Counted from the stretch's first letter, positions 9,111 through 17,642 are shown. The stretch: 38,181 nucleotides of DNA from Actinomycetota bacterium (GCA_947472655.1 CANJCG010000002.1:1-38181); one strand, 5' to 3'. Notes: generated by a model from the letters alone, not told the origin. Numbers and translations are program-made.

Positions 9111-10163
9111 CTAGGTCGGTGGTTGTTCCGTCGGGAATCCATCTTCTGATCTGACTTGCGTTGGTTGCGCAAGTAAGCGCCGCAATGACAACAACCGATC
9201 GCGGATTTGTTCAGGTTGAGTTTGGATCCATTCATTGAGTCCGCACTCAGGTTCATTATGCGAACACGAACGTGGGCAGTGTTCAATTCCTGGTTCTAGC
9301 TCAGGGAATGCATGAATCATCTGATCAGCGCGAACATGCGCAAGGCCAAAGGAACGAATGCCTGGCGTATCGATGATCCATCCACCGTCCGTGAGGGCAA
9401 GAGCTACTGCACTCGTAGATGTGTGGCGGCCCTTACCTGTAACGACATTGACATGGCCAGTGCTACGAATAGAACCGGGGACGATGGCGTTCACCAGTGT
9501 GGATTTACCAACACCTGAATGGCCGAGAACTACGGTGATCTGATTTTTCAGTGCAACAAGCAAATCAGCAGGTGGCACTCGGTTATGAATCGTGAATACC
9601 GGTAGGTCAAGTGGTCCGTACATCGCAAGCAACGCGTCGGAGCTTGCAAGGTCTGTTTTAGTGATGATGAGCATGGGCTGAATGCCTTCATCGAAGGCGG
9701 CGACCAAAGCTCGATCAATAAGCCCAAATGATGGTTCCGGATCGGCGGTTGCGGTGACGATGGCTAGTTGATTCGCATTCGACACCACGATGCGCTCGAC
9801 AGGGTCAACATCGTCAGCAGTTCGGCGAAGCGTAGAAGTTCTTTCTTGTCGGCGAACAATTCGAGCAAGATCATCGGTGCCAGAAGTATCCGAGCCGATG
9901 AGATCTACGAGATCTCCAACAACGATCCCCTTGCGGCCTAGTTCTCGGGCTTTGATTGAGTAAATCTGTTTACCCATCGCGACCTCGTCGGTATCTGAAT
10001 TCAGGGCAACGGTGAATCGTCCTCGGTCAACAGCGATAACCATTCCGGATTCGGCATCGGAGTGAGCAGGGCGTTCTTTTGTGCGAGGGCGTGATTTGGT
10101 TTTGCCTGGGCGAATGCGTACGTCGTCTTCATCCCAGCGCTCGTGAGTTTTCTTGCTGGTCAC
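9111..10163 (-). CDS. rsgA: ribosome small-subunit-dependent GTPase A
   Basis: Circularly permuted GTPase with [18 protein letters not shown] and DTPGIRSF, plus a C-terminal zinc cluster [12 protein letters not shown]. The open frame extends to ATG 10196. GTG at 10163 overlaps the aroA stop (GTGA) and gives an N-terminus ([20 protein letters not shown]..) matching the length of mycobacterial RsgA. Confidence 0.9.
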   Translation of the reverse strand: MTSKKTHERWDEDDVRIRPGKTKSRPRTKERPAHSDAESGMVIAVDRGRFTVALNSDTDEVAMGKQIYSIKARELGRKGIVVGDLVDLIGSDTSGTDDLARIVRRQERTSTLRRTADDVDPVERIVVSNANQLAIVTATADPEPSFGLIDRALVAAFDEGIQPMLIITKTDLASSDALLAMYGPLDLPVFTIHNRVPPADLLVALKNQITVVLGHSGVGKSTLVNAIVPGSIRSTGHVNVVTGKGRHTSTSAVALALTDGGWIIDTPGIRSFGLAHVRADQMIHAFPELEPGIEHCPRSCSHNEPECGLNEWIQTQPEQIRDRLLSLRRLLAQPTQVRSEDGFPTEQPPT

Positions 10164-11485
10164 GGAGTAGGCGATCCAGAAACTAATGCTTCCCATCGTG
10201 CAGCGAAACCGGGAAGAGTTTTTTCAGTGGTGTCGATATTCTCAACTTCAACGCCGGAGACGCGCAGACCGATAACCGCGCCTGCAGTTGCCATACGATG
10301 ATCGTTGTATGTTTTGAAATGTCCGGCATGCAGAACTCCGGGACGGATATGAATGCCATCCTCGGTTTCAGTCGCATCACCTCCAAGGTTTCTTATTTCA
10401 TGCACGAGAGCTGCGAGTCGATCGGTTTCATGGCCGCGTAGGTGTGCGATTCCGCGAAAGCGAGATTGCGTTGTGGCTAAGGCTGCGATTGCGGCAAGGG
10501 TAGGAGTGAGTTCGCCTACGTCGCGTAGGTCGGCATCGATGCCACGAATTTCCCCATGCATGGCAACAGATAATGCTTGGCCATCGTGTGAAATAACTGC
10601 TCCCATTGCAGCCAGGAGATCGCGCAAAGAGTCTCCTGCCTGAGTGGTGTGCACTGGCCAATCCGGAATCGTCACTTCTCCGCCGGTCACCATCGCTGCA
10701 GCAAGAAATGGAGCTGCATTCGATAGGTCGGGTTCAATAATTCGGTCAAATGGCGCAATGCGCTGATGGGCGATGTGCCAAGTTGAAGCATCTGGTGTGT
10801 CAACATGCACACCATGTTCAGCAAGCATCTGAATTGTCATATTGATGTGCGGTTGGCTCGGCACGGGCGGGCCTTCATGGCGAATGGTAAGGCCTTCATC
10901 AAATCTCGCCGCAGTTAAGAGAAGTGCTGAAACAAATTGACTTGAAGCGGAGGCATCGATGATCACTTCTCCACCGGTGACCGCGCCAATGCCACACACA
11001 GTGAATGGCAACGTGTTTTCACCAATGACGGATACGCCAAGTGAGCGCAATGAGTTTAGTGTTGTTGCCATCGGGCGAACTCGCGCACCCTCATCGCCAT
11101 CGAATGAAATTTCGCCGGTGGCAAGGGCTGCAACAGGTGGAACAAATCGCATGACTGTTCCGGCTAAGCCGACATGAATAGTGGCAGGGCCAGTGAATGG
11201 TGTGGGGCGTACCTGAATATCGATATTTCCCACAGTTGTTGGTTCGCTCACTGAGATCTCGGTGCCAAGGCCGGTAAGGGCAGCGACCATGAGACGGGTA
11301 TCGCGGGCGTCAAGGGCTTGGTGGATTGTGCTGGGACCTTCACTGAGTGCGGCCAAGATCAATGCTCGGTTGGTGGCTGACTTGGAGCCGGGGATTCGGA
11401 CGGTGGCGCGTAGCGGTGCTAAGGCGCGCGGGGCAGCCCAACTCGGTTGCATTGAAGGGGTCATCAAGGCAAGGGTAGTGCTCAT
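10160..11485 (-). CDS. aroA: 3-phosphoshikimate 1-carboxyvinyltransferase (EPSP synthase)
   Basis: 441-aa ORF with [27 protein letters not shown] and [11 protein letters not shown] motifs. By comparison with M. tuberculosis AroA the true start may be the internal ATG at 11452 (MQPSWAAP..). Confidence 0.93.
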   Translation of the reverse strand: MSTTLALMTPSMQPSWAAPRALAPLRATVRIPGSKSATNRALILAALSEGPSTIHQALDARDTRLMVAALTGLGTEISVSEPTTVGNIDIQVRPTPFTGPATIHVGLAGTVMRFVPPVAALATGEISFDGDEGARVRPMATTLNSLRSLGVSVIGENTLPFTVCGIGAVTGGEVIIDASASSQFVSALLLTAARFDEGLTIRHEGPPVPSQPHINMTIQMLAEHGVHVDTPDASTWHIAHQRIAPFDRIIEPDLSNAAPFLAAAMVTGGEVTIPDWPVHTTQAGDSLRDLLAAMGAVISHDGQALSVAMHGEIRGIDADLRDVGELTPTLAAIAALATTQSRFRGIAHLRGHETDRLAALVHEIRNLGGDATETEDGIHIRPGVLHAGHFKTYNDHRMATAGAVIGLRVSGVEVENIDTTEKTLPGFAARWEALVSGSPTP

Positions 11486-12188
11486 GTGTGGGCGATATGT
11501 GGCAGCGCAGGATCCAGCGGCTCTGGTGGCCGAATTTCAGGTGGCGGCGCCACCTGAGCAATATCTGTCGCCGAACTTCAACGTTGCTCCTAGTACCTCG
11601 GTGTACATCGTGGTGGATAAGCGTCACGCAGGTGAGCCGCCTGAGCGCAGCCTTGAGGTTGCTAAATGGGGGTTGGTCCCATCGTGGGCCAAGGACCCAG
11701 GGATCGGGGCGAAAATGACGAACGCCCGATCTGAAACTGTGGCCAGCAAGCCCTCATTTAGGAAGGCATTTGCCTCTCAACGGTGTCTCGTTCCCGCTGA
11801 TGGCTACTACGAGTGGTACACCTCAACTGAGGTGACCAACTCTGGTCGTCCTGCCAAATTGCCGTTTTATATCCACTCGGCAGATAGGGCGACGTTAGCG
11901 ATGGCCGGACTTTATGAATGGTGGCGCTCGCCTGATGATTCCTGGCTGCTGACCTGTTGTGTGCTCACTAAACAGGCTACTGAAGATCTGATTCAGATCC
12001 ATGATCGAATGCCTGTAATGGTTCCGCACACACATCAAACCTGGTGGCTTGATTCCACCGTAAAAATTGACATAGAACCGCTCCTTGATCCGGGCTTAGT
12101 GCCATTAGTTGCTTATCCTGTGAGCACTGCGGTCAATAACGCACGCAATAGTGGTCCTGAACTGAGGCAGCCCCTTGAGGCTAGGTAG
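11484..12188 (+). CDS. SOS-response-associated peptidase (SRAP/YedK/HMCES family, abasic-site DNA-protein crosslink)
   Basis: The ORF track opens at 11262, but the family hallmark N-terminus MCGRY (catalytic Cys2) begins at ATG 11484. Also [14 protein letters not shown] and IHDRMPV motifs. The 5' extension is antisense to aroA. Its position between aroA and sigH matches M. tuberculosis Rv3226c. Confidence 0.85.
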   Translation: MCGRYVAAQDPAALVAEFQVAAPPEQYLSPNFNVAPSTSVYIVVDKRHAGEPPERSLEVAKWGLVPSWAKDPGIGAKMTNARSETVASKPSFRKAFASQRCLVPADGYYEWYTSTEVTNSGRPAKLPFYIHSADRATLAMAGLYEWWRSPDDSWLLTCCVLTKQATEDLIQIHDRMPVMVPHTHQTWWLDSTVKIDIEPLLDPGLVPLVAYPVSTAVNNARNSGPELRQPLEAR

Positions 12189-12192
12189 CGCA

Positions 12193-12233
12193 GGCCAATG
12201 GCCAATGGACTATGGCAAGTGTCAAGTGGCAAG
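12193..12233 (+). repeat. two sets of tandem heptamers (GCCAATG x2; TGGCAAG-TGTCAAG-TGGCAAG) upstream of the sigH promoter
   Basis: Read directly: GGCCAATGGCCAATGG at 12193-12208 and TGGCAAGTGTCAAGTGGCAAG at 12213-12233. They sit immediately after the SRAP stop and about 20 nt upstream of the GGAAT -35 element. Confidence 0.7.
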
Positions 12234-12252
12234 ACACATGCCGATCTCCGAG

Positions 12253-12278
12253 GGAATATCAAGGTGGTCCGCAGCGTT
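12253..12278 (+). promoter_or_regulatory. SigH/SigR-type ECF promoter GGAAT-N18-GTT (autoregulatory)
   Basis: GGAAT at 12253-12257, an 18-nt spacer, then GTT at 12276-12278. This exactly matches the published SigR/SigH consensus GGAAT-N18-GTT. It lies 9 nt upstream of the first possible sigH start (GTG 12288). Confidence 0.65.
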
Positions 12279-12287
12279 CTGACATAG

Positions 12288-12926
12288 GTGATCGCCACCA
12301 TGAGTTCTATCGGACTAGAACCCAGTGCCGTAGGCTCAGCAGCGATGTCCACGGAAATCAAGCAAGACGCAGCAGCACGCTTTGAGCGTGATGTGGCCCC
12401 ATTCCTGCAGTCGCTTTATGGCGGCGCTTTACGGATGACTCGAAATCCAACTGATGCCGAAGATCTTGTTCAAGAAGCACTGTTGAAGGCATTTGCAGCA
12501 TTTGGATCATTTACTGAGGGCACGAATCTCAAGGCTTGGCTATTTCGCATTCTGACCAACACGTACATCAATCAATATCGCAAAAAGCAACGCGCACCGT
12601 TACAAACAAGCGCGGATGAACTCACTGATAGTCAGCTCAATGAAGCTGGCGAAAATCTTGGCATGCGATCGGCCGAGGCTGAAGCCATGGCCAAGCTCGC
12701 CGACGGTGAGATAGTCGATGCCTTGGCAGCATTGCCGGACGACTTCCGCATGGCTGTGTATCTGGTTGATATTGAAGGCTTTTCTTATAAAGAAGCGGCA
12801 GAAATCATGGACACCCCAGTAGGAACGGTGATGTCCCGCTTAAGCCGTGGCCGCAAACAATTACGAGAGCTGCTGCGTGAATATGCAACTGAGCGCGGAT
12901 TTATCCCTTCGGAGGTGACGGCATGA
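12288..12926 (+). CDS. sigH: ECF RNA polymerase sigma factor SigH/SigR (thiol-oxidative/heat stress)
   Basis: [79 protein letters not shown] is near-collinear with M. tuberculosis SigH as I recall it. Alternative in-frame starts are at 12300 and 12345. The stop overlaps the rshA start (ATGA). Confidence 0.92.
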   Translation: MIATMSSIGLEPSAVGSAAMSTEIKQDAAARFERDVAPFLQSLYGGALRMTRNPTDAEDLVQEALLKAFAAFGSFTEGTNLKAWLFRILTNTYINQYRKKQRAPLQTSADELTDSQLNEAGENLGMRSAEAEAMAKLADGEIVDALAALPDDFRMAVYLVDIEGFSYKEAAEIMDTPVGTVMSRLSRGRKQLRELLREYATERGFIPSEVTA

Positions 12927-13183
12927 GTTGTGGACACCCGCACGCTGTTGCTTGCGTCCAGATCCATTCTTGGATGTGGATCTATTTGGATGATGAGCTT
13001 GAGCCAGAAAGTGCTCATGAGGTTGTGCATCATCTAGAAGAGTGCCCACCCTGTGCCGATGCATTTTCTGCTGAAATCATTATTCGCACCAGGATTCGTC
13101 AATCTCGGGAGACGGTTCAGACCCCCGAGGGCTTGTATACAAGGATTTTTACTCAGATTCAGCAGACGATCTCTGACGAATAG
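12923..13183 (+). CDS. rshA: zinc-associated anti-sigma factor (ZAS) RshA/RsrA
   Basis: 86 aa. N-terminus MSCGHPH (compare RsrA MSCGEPH). ZAS motif HHLEECPPC (H-x3-C-x2-C). 4-nt ATGA overlap with sigH. Confidence 0.9.
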   Translation: MSCGHPHAVACVQIHSWMWIYLDDELEPESAHEVVHHLEECPPCADAFSAEIIIRTRIRQSRETVQTPEGLYTRIFTQIQQTISDE

Positions 13184-13233
13184 CCCGCCGCGCTTGCGTC
13201 GAAGTTGGGCGCAACCGGCGTACCCTGCCACTC

Positions 13234-14682
13234 GTGGGAACAGTCGCCGCCTTGGCTCAAGAACGTACAGATCTGCAACCTGATGAAATTTCACGGTTAC
13301 ATCGCGTGGTCGAGGCCTGGGGCATAATCGCGGATCTTTCGCTGAGTGATTTAGTGCTGTGGTTGCCCACCTGGAACGACGGCGGAGCGGTCGCGGTAGC
13401 ACTTGTGCGGCCAACCACTGCATCAACCACTGTTGAAGAAGATTTAGTCGGACGGTTCGTGCCGCGTGGGCGGTTACCCGAGGTTGATCAAGCGCTGCAT
13501 TTTGGTCGAGCGATAGGAAATGCGTTTCCTATTCGATCAGAGCCAGATTCGCAGGGGCGGGTGATTGGTGTGGTGGTTCGCTCATCTTCACCGACATCTC
13601 GAGTCACTGGACAGCTCGAAGCGGCTTATCTTGAAATTGCAGACGAGCTTTTGCACATGTTGGTTTCAGGCGATTTCCCTCCTCCAGCGTATGTCGGCGA
13701 AAGCAGTGATGCGCCGAGAGTGGGAGACGGGCTGGTGCGGTTAAGCCCTGATGGAAAAGTCACCTACGCCAGCCCCAACGCAATGAGTGTGCTGCGTCGG
13801 TTGGGGCTTGCGACGGATCTCGTAGGTGCGGATCTTGGGCCACTTCTTGTGCGGCTTTCACACCGACATGGACCGATGGATCAAAATCTGGCGCTCGTTG
13901 CCGGTGGCCGAGCGGCTGGGCAGACGGAGGTGGAAAACTCCCACGCGGTGGCCCTGATTTACGGCATTCCGTTGATTGCCCCTGGCCATGCCAATGGCGC
14001 TTTGGTGCTTTTGAGGGATGTTACTGATGTGCGTGGACGTGAGCGGGCTTTGATGTCAGCCGATGCGACGATTCGCGAGATCCATCACCGGGTTAAGAAT
14101 AATTTGCAAACGGTAGCTGCACTGTTGCGGATGCAAGCCCGCCGTTCGCAAAGTGATGAAGCTCGTTTAGCACTTGGCGAGGCCGAACTTCGCGTTGCAG
14201 CAATTGCAGTGGTGCATGAAACTTTGTCCCGTCAGGTTGACGAGATGCTGGAATTCGACGATGTCATTGATCGAATTATTGCGTTGGTGAGAGATTTGGC
14301 TCCCGCGTTGGGTGGCACCGAAACGCAAACTATTGAACGCTCGGGGTCGGCGGGGATGCTGAGTGCCGAAATTGCTACCCCGCTAGCTATGTGTGTTTCT
14401 GAACTTTTACAAAATGCGGTTGAGCACGCTAGCGCTGGGGTCATTGGGGTTGACATCACTCGAGCTGATTCCTCGGTAGTGATCTGTGTCCGTGATAACG
14501 GGCAGGGCATACCCCAAGAGGTTCGCGAAAATCCTGCGGACTCTGGAGGGCTTGGCCTCCAAATTGTGCACTCACTGGTTTTAGGTGAATTACAGGGAAC
14601 CGTGTCGATTGCAGTTCAAGATGGAACAGCAGTATCAATTACTGCGCCAATTTCAGGTAGGAAATCTCACGAGAATGTGTAA
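13234..14682 (+). CDS. pdtaS: sensor histidine kinase PdtaS (GAF-PAS-HisKA_2-HATPase)
   Basis: 482 aa. H-box IREIHHRVKNNLQTVAALLRMQARR, N-box LLQNAVEHA, DNGQGIP, GLGLQIV. The N-terminal half aligns by eye with M. tuberculosis PdtaS (Rv3220c). Conserved position next to whiB1. Confidence 0.88.
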   Translation: MGTVAALAQERTDLQPDEISRLHRVVEAWGIIADLSLSDLVLWLPTWNDGGAVAVALVRPTTASTTVEEDLVGRFVPRGRLPEVDQALHFGRAIGNAFPIRSEPDSQGRVIGVVVRSSSPTSRVTGQLEAAYLEIADELLHMLVSGDFPPPAYVGESSDAPRVGDGLVRLSPDGKVTYASPNAMSVLRRLGLATDLVGADLGPLLVRLSHRHGPMDQNLALVAGGRAAGQTEVENSHAVALIYGIPLIAPGHANGALVLLRDVTDVRGRERALMSADATIREIHHRVKNNLQTVAALLRMQARRSQSDEARLALGEAELRVAAIAVVHETLSRQVDEMLEFDDVIDRIIALVRDLAPALGGTETQTIERSGSAGMLSAEIATPLAMCVSELLQNAVEHASAGVIGVDITRADSSVVICVRDNGQGIPQEVRENPADSGGLGLQIVHSLVLGELQGTVSIAVQDGTAVSITAPISGRKSHENV

Positions 14683-14693
14683 CTCAGTGTGGA

Positions 14694-14948
14694 TTAGAGA
14701 CTGCCTCGAGCGCGCAAGCGGGCATTGCGACGTTTAAGAGCTCGGCGTTCGTCCTCGCTTAGACCGCCCCAAACGCCGGCATCTTGCCCCGTTTCTAAGG
14801 CCCAACGAAGACATTCGTCAACCACGGGGCAGCGACGGCACACAGCCTTAGCTTCTTCGATTTGAACCAATGCAGGGCCGGTGTTACCAATAGGGAAGAA
14901 GAGTTCTGGATCTTCGTCACGGCAAGCAGACTCGTGTCGCCAGTCCAT
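14694..14948 (-). CDS. whiB1: WhiB-family Fe-S transcription factor, WhiB1 orthologue
   Basis: 84 aa. MDWRHESACRDEDPELFFP...VCRRCPVVDEC...GVWGGLSEDERRALKRRNAR. Four Cys, a G[V/I]WGG turn and a basic tail. Near-identical in pattern to M. tuberculosis WhiB1. Confidence 0.95.
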   Translation of the reverse strand: MDWRHESACRDEDPELFFPIGNTGPALVQIEEAKAVCRRCPVVDECLRWALETGQDAGVWGGLSEDERRALKRRNARLRARGSL

Positions 14949-14992
14949 GCTAGGTCAACTCCATCGTAAAAGGCACCAGGGTTACCAGTGCT

Positions 14993-15008
14993 CGTGAATG
15001 CTTTCACT
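14993..15008 (-). promoter_or_regulatory. CRP/Rv3676-like box (AGTGA-N6-TCACG on the minus strand; core GTG-N8-CAC)
   Basis: The plus strand reads CGTGAATGCTTTCACT. The box is centred about 52 nt upstream of the whiB1 ATG. A TACGAT -10-like hexamer lies 23 nt downstream on the gene strand. M. tuberculosis whiB1 is known to be CRP-regulated. Confidence 0.4.
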
Positions 15009-15157
15009 TGTGCCGGCCATCAAAGTGAAGGCGATCTAGGGGTCTCCTGATCGTCTTCGAAGGAAGTGGGCCAGTTCCGTGAAGCAGCGGGAAGTAAAGG
15101 GTTACATGTGAGGGGGGCTGATGCAAGAGACACGACCGAAAATCAGACGTTATGTGT

Positions 15158-15173
15158 TGTCAGTTTGGTCACA
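15158..15173 (-). promoter_or_regulatory. second CRP-like box (TGTGA-N6-TGACA on the minus strand)
   Basis: The plus strand reads TGTCAGTTTGGTCACA, one mismatch from TGTGA-N6-TCACA. It lies about 217 nt upstream of the whiB1 ATG, just after the stop of the lipid-kinase gene. Confidence 0.35.
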
Positions 15174-15204
15174 GAAGCGGTATTTGTCGTATTTTGTATG
15201 CGAA

Positions 15205-16122
15205 TTAGACGATCACGGTGAGTGCCGCGGGCTCGGAACGAAAGGTTACCTGACTGATTTCGCCCATACCCTCGCCGTCAATCTGGAAGGCCATAGGTTT
15301 CGCACAATTTATTGTGAATTCGCCCTGATCATGCCAAGTAACAGCATGGGCAAGAGCGCTGGCCCGACGCTGAGCTAAGAAGTGGCGAGTACTTTGCAAT
15401 GCTTTTGGCACGCTGACTTTATGCATCCCAAAAAGGTCTAGCCCCACATTAAAATCAGCATCCGGGCAAAGTTGAATAGGCCAGTTTCCAAGATAGGTCC
15501 AAGGGCTCGTATTCTGAACGAGAGCGAAATACAACTCTTCCAAGACATCCTCACCCCGAGTGACGCTGAGTTGTGGAACACGATTGCGAGCGGCTTTAAG
15601 CATCGTGGATGCCGTCGTGGCGATGTAGCGGGTAGGTGAAGCCTTTCGCCCATGGCGGCGCTTATGTTCCATGGCAGCAATGACTTCAGCATCAAGCCCA
15701 ACGCCAGCATTAACCGTGAACCATCGATCGTCGGCGCGACCCAAACCGATGGTTCGGATGCGGCCTTGCTTGATGCCCTCCAAGAGGTGAGCCCCAGCTT
15801 CAACAATCCCATTTGGCAGGCCAAGAGCCCGGGCGAAGACGTTGGCACTACCGCCAGGCAGCGTGGCTAGTTGGGTGCGAGGGCCAGGACCTTGTGAAAG
15901 TAAGCCGTTGACCACTTCATTGATGATTCCATCGCCACCTACAGTGATGACTACATCCAAATCCTGAGCAATAGCCTGCCGGCCGAGTTCAATGCCATGA
16001 CCGCGATGAGAGGTCGTGACTACTTCCAGATCCAGCGCGTCAGCGAAGGCATGCATCACGAGGTCGGTGAGACGCTGCGAGGTAGTTGTCGCCTGTGGAT
16101 TGACAATAAGAAGTCCGCGCAC
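15205..16122 (-). CDS. diacylglycerol/lipid kinase family protein (DAGK catalytic domain, YegS/LCB5-like)
   Basis: 305 aa. LLIVNPQATTTS near the N-terminus and the GGDGIINEVVNG (GGDG) motif. GTG start. Confidence 0.85.
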   Translation of the reverse strand: MRGLLIVNPQATTTSQRLTDLVMHAFADALDLEVVTTSHRGHGIELGRQAIAQDLDVVITVGGDGIINEVVNGLLSQGPGPRTQLATLPGGSANVFARALGLPNGIVEAGAHLLEGIKQGRIRTIGLGRADDRWFTVNAGVGLDAEVIAAMEHKRRHGRKASPTRYIATTASTMLKAARNRVPQLSVTRGEDVLEELYFALVQNTSPWTYLGNWPIQLCPDADFNVGLDLFGMHKVSVPKALQSTRHFLAQRRASALAHAVTWHDQGEFTINCAKPMAFQIDGEGMGEISQVTFRSEPAALTVIV

Positions 16123-16175
16123 ATTGGCACCCTAGCGATAGTGCTCAGTTAAATCACGATCCGTAGAGTTGACCT

Positions 16176-16580
16176 GTGACTATTCCTCGCCCGTATCTGG
16201 TCTTAACCCTCCTTTCTGGGGTAGAGGGCCTGGCGCTTCTTGTGACCGGTGTCGTCGCAGTGGTGAATTCAGCGACCGGATCGAGCTATGGCGCAAAGGG
16301 CGATGATTCATCAGCGATCGTCCTGGAGGTCATCATCTTTTTGGCCTTTGGCCTAGGGCTGCTGGTTGTAGCAAAAGGGTGGTATTCGTTGCAGCGCTGG
16401 GCGCGCTCACCATTTGTTCTTGCTCAACTGCTTGGCTTGGCAATTGGCATCTGGTCAGATACCCAGATTGGCGTTCGTTTAGTTTTTCTCATTCCGGCTG
16501 TTCTTGGCTTGATCGTTACTTTTAGTCCGCAAGTACTTCGCGACTCATCGCAGGCGTACAACTCACCAGATTCAGAGTGA
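16176..16580 (+). CDS. small integral membrane protein, function unknown
   Basis: 134 aa with four hydrophobic helices and a GTG start. Its 3' end overlaps the convergent sigma-factor gene by 9 nt. Confidence 0.6.
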   Translation: MTIPRPYLVLTLLSGVEGLALLVTGVVAVVNSATGSSYGAKGDDSSAIVLEVIIFLAFGLGLLVVAKGWYSLQRWARSPFVLAQLLGLAIGIWSDTQIGVRLVFLIPAVLGLIVTFSPQVLRDSSQAYNSPDSE

Positions 16581-17237
16581 ACTAAGGGAGCCCCGCAGAG
16601 TGGTGAGTGATCTTGCAAGAATTCGGGAAACTTGCATCTGCGAAATATTGAGTTCCTTCGCTATCTGAGTTTGCGTGAGATTCTCATAAAAGCGAAAAAG
16701 AACGACCTTCTGTTCAAGTTTTGGAAGTGCGCGCAAGGCTTGTAGGACCGACTCTCGGCTTTCGAATTCTTCAAGATTTGAATCTTCCAAAGTGCTTTCT
16801 ACAAGTCGAATCCTTTCGTCATCGGTACTCATCATCGAGCGAGTTTGATTGACCTCAAGCGCCGCTAACACGCTTTCGATGCTGATATCTAGGTGCCCTG
16901 CGATTGTGGCAATAGTTGGCGCAGTGGAATGCGTTTGGGTTAGCTCGTCAATTGCGCGAGATACTTTGAGAGCCAGTTCTTGAAGCCGTCCAGGTATTCG
17001 AATACTTGATGTTCGATCTCGCAGGTGATGTTGAATCGAACCCCGAATACATGGCACGGCATAAGTGCTGAATTCGTTACCAAGTTCGGAATCAAAGTGG
17101 TCGACAGCAAAAATTAGACCTTCCATCCCGGCCTGGAGGAGATCTTCAAATTCCGCATGGGAGCGGTAGTGTCGAGCAACGTGGTGCACAAGCCCGATGT
17201 GCGCTGCGATTTCCTGGTCTCTTTCTTGGGTACTCAC
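16572..17237 (-). CDS. sigF: group-3 sigma factor of the SigB/SigF/SigG subfamily
   Basis: 221 aa. Region 2 (LLQAGMEGLIFAVDHFD..FSTYAVPCIRGSIQHHLRD), region 3, and region 4 HTH (LTQTQIAKELNISQMQVSRIL). Sits immediately downstream of a UsfX/RsbW-like anti-sigma gene, as in M. tuberculosis. Confidence 0.8.
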   Translation of the reverse strand: MSTQERDQEIAAHIGLVHHVARHYRSHAEFEDLLQAGMEGLIFAVDHFDSELGNEFSTYAVPCIRGSIQHHLRDRTSSIRIPGRLQELALKVSRAIDELTQTHSTAPTIATIAGHLDISIESVLAALEVNQTRSMMSTDDERIRLVESTLEDSNLEEFESRESVLQALRALPKLEQKVVLFRFYENLTQTQIAKELNISQMQVSRILARSLTTLRGSLSSL

Positions 17238-17249
17238 CTGAGTCTGCTG

Positions 17250-17642
17250 TTACGCGGCCTCGTTATTTTGCTCTTGAACCCTTGCCACCACAGTGAGCAC
17301 TCCATCGATATTTGAGGTATGAAGTTCATCTGCAAGTGCCGACAAGACTGTCCAGCTAAAAGTATTGGTGGGCAGGGCATCCTCGAGAAGAGTGCGGCTC
17401 TGCACCATGAATTCTAAAGCACCAACTTCTTCGATAAACGTGCAAACAACTTCAGCATCAGCAGGGGCGTTTAGTACGACCTGATTGAAGGCTTCATCGA
17501 TTGCCAGACGAACATCTTCGACTCGGTCGTAGGCTAAATCACATCGCGCAGCAACTGAAGCAGCCATAGTGCGAGCGAGCACTGCGTAGCCCGGCTCGGC
17601 AGGTAAATGAAGCGCAACGGTCACGAAATCCCCCTCGGTCAC
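17250..17642 (-). CDS. rsbW: anti-sigma-F factor, UsfX/RsbW-like
   Basis: 130 aa. VEDVRLAIDEAFNQVV and TFSWTVLSALADEL parallel LRLAVDEVCTRL and SFSWHVLTALADDV of M. tuberculosis UsfX (from memory). GTG start preceded by AAGGAA. Lies 12 nt upstream of the sigma gene. Confidence 0.65.
   Translation of the reverse strand: MTEGDFVTVALHLPAEPGYAVLARTMAASVAARCDLAYDRVEDVRLAIDEAFNQVVLNAPADAEVVCTFIEEVGALEFMVQSRTLLEDALPTNTFSWTVLSALADELHTSNIDGVLTVVARVQEQNNEAA

Noticed and set aside
10164-10196. ATG 10196 as the rsgA start ([11 protein letters not shown]...)
   Set aside because: It would overlap aroA by 37 nt. GTG 10163 forms a GTGA stop/start junction and gives an N-terminal length matching mycobacterial RsgA. 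I kept it as an alternative only.
11262-11483. 5' extension of the SRAP ORF (the track gives 308 aa starting at 11262)
   Set aside because: The extension is entirely antisense to aroA coding sequence. The family's obligatory N-terminal Met-Cys (MCGRY) begins at 11484, so the extension is a GC-driven open frame rather than coding sequence.
15121-15378. 85-aa plus-strand ORF bridging the whiB1 upstream region and the 3' end of the lipid-kinase gene
   Set aside because: Most of it is antisense to a supported CDS. It has no SD and no recognisable domain. The non-coding part is better explained as whiB1 regulatory DNA.
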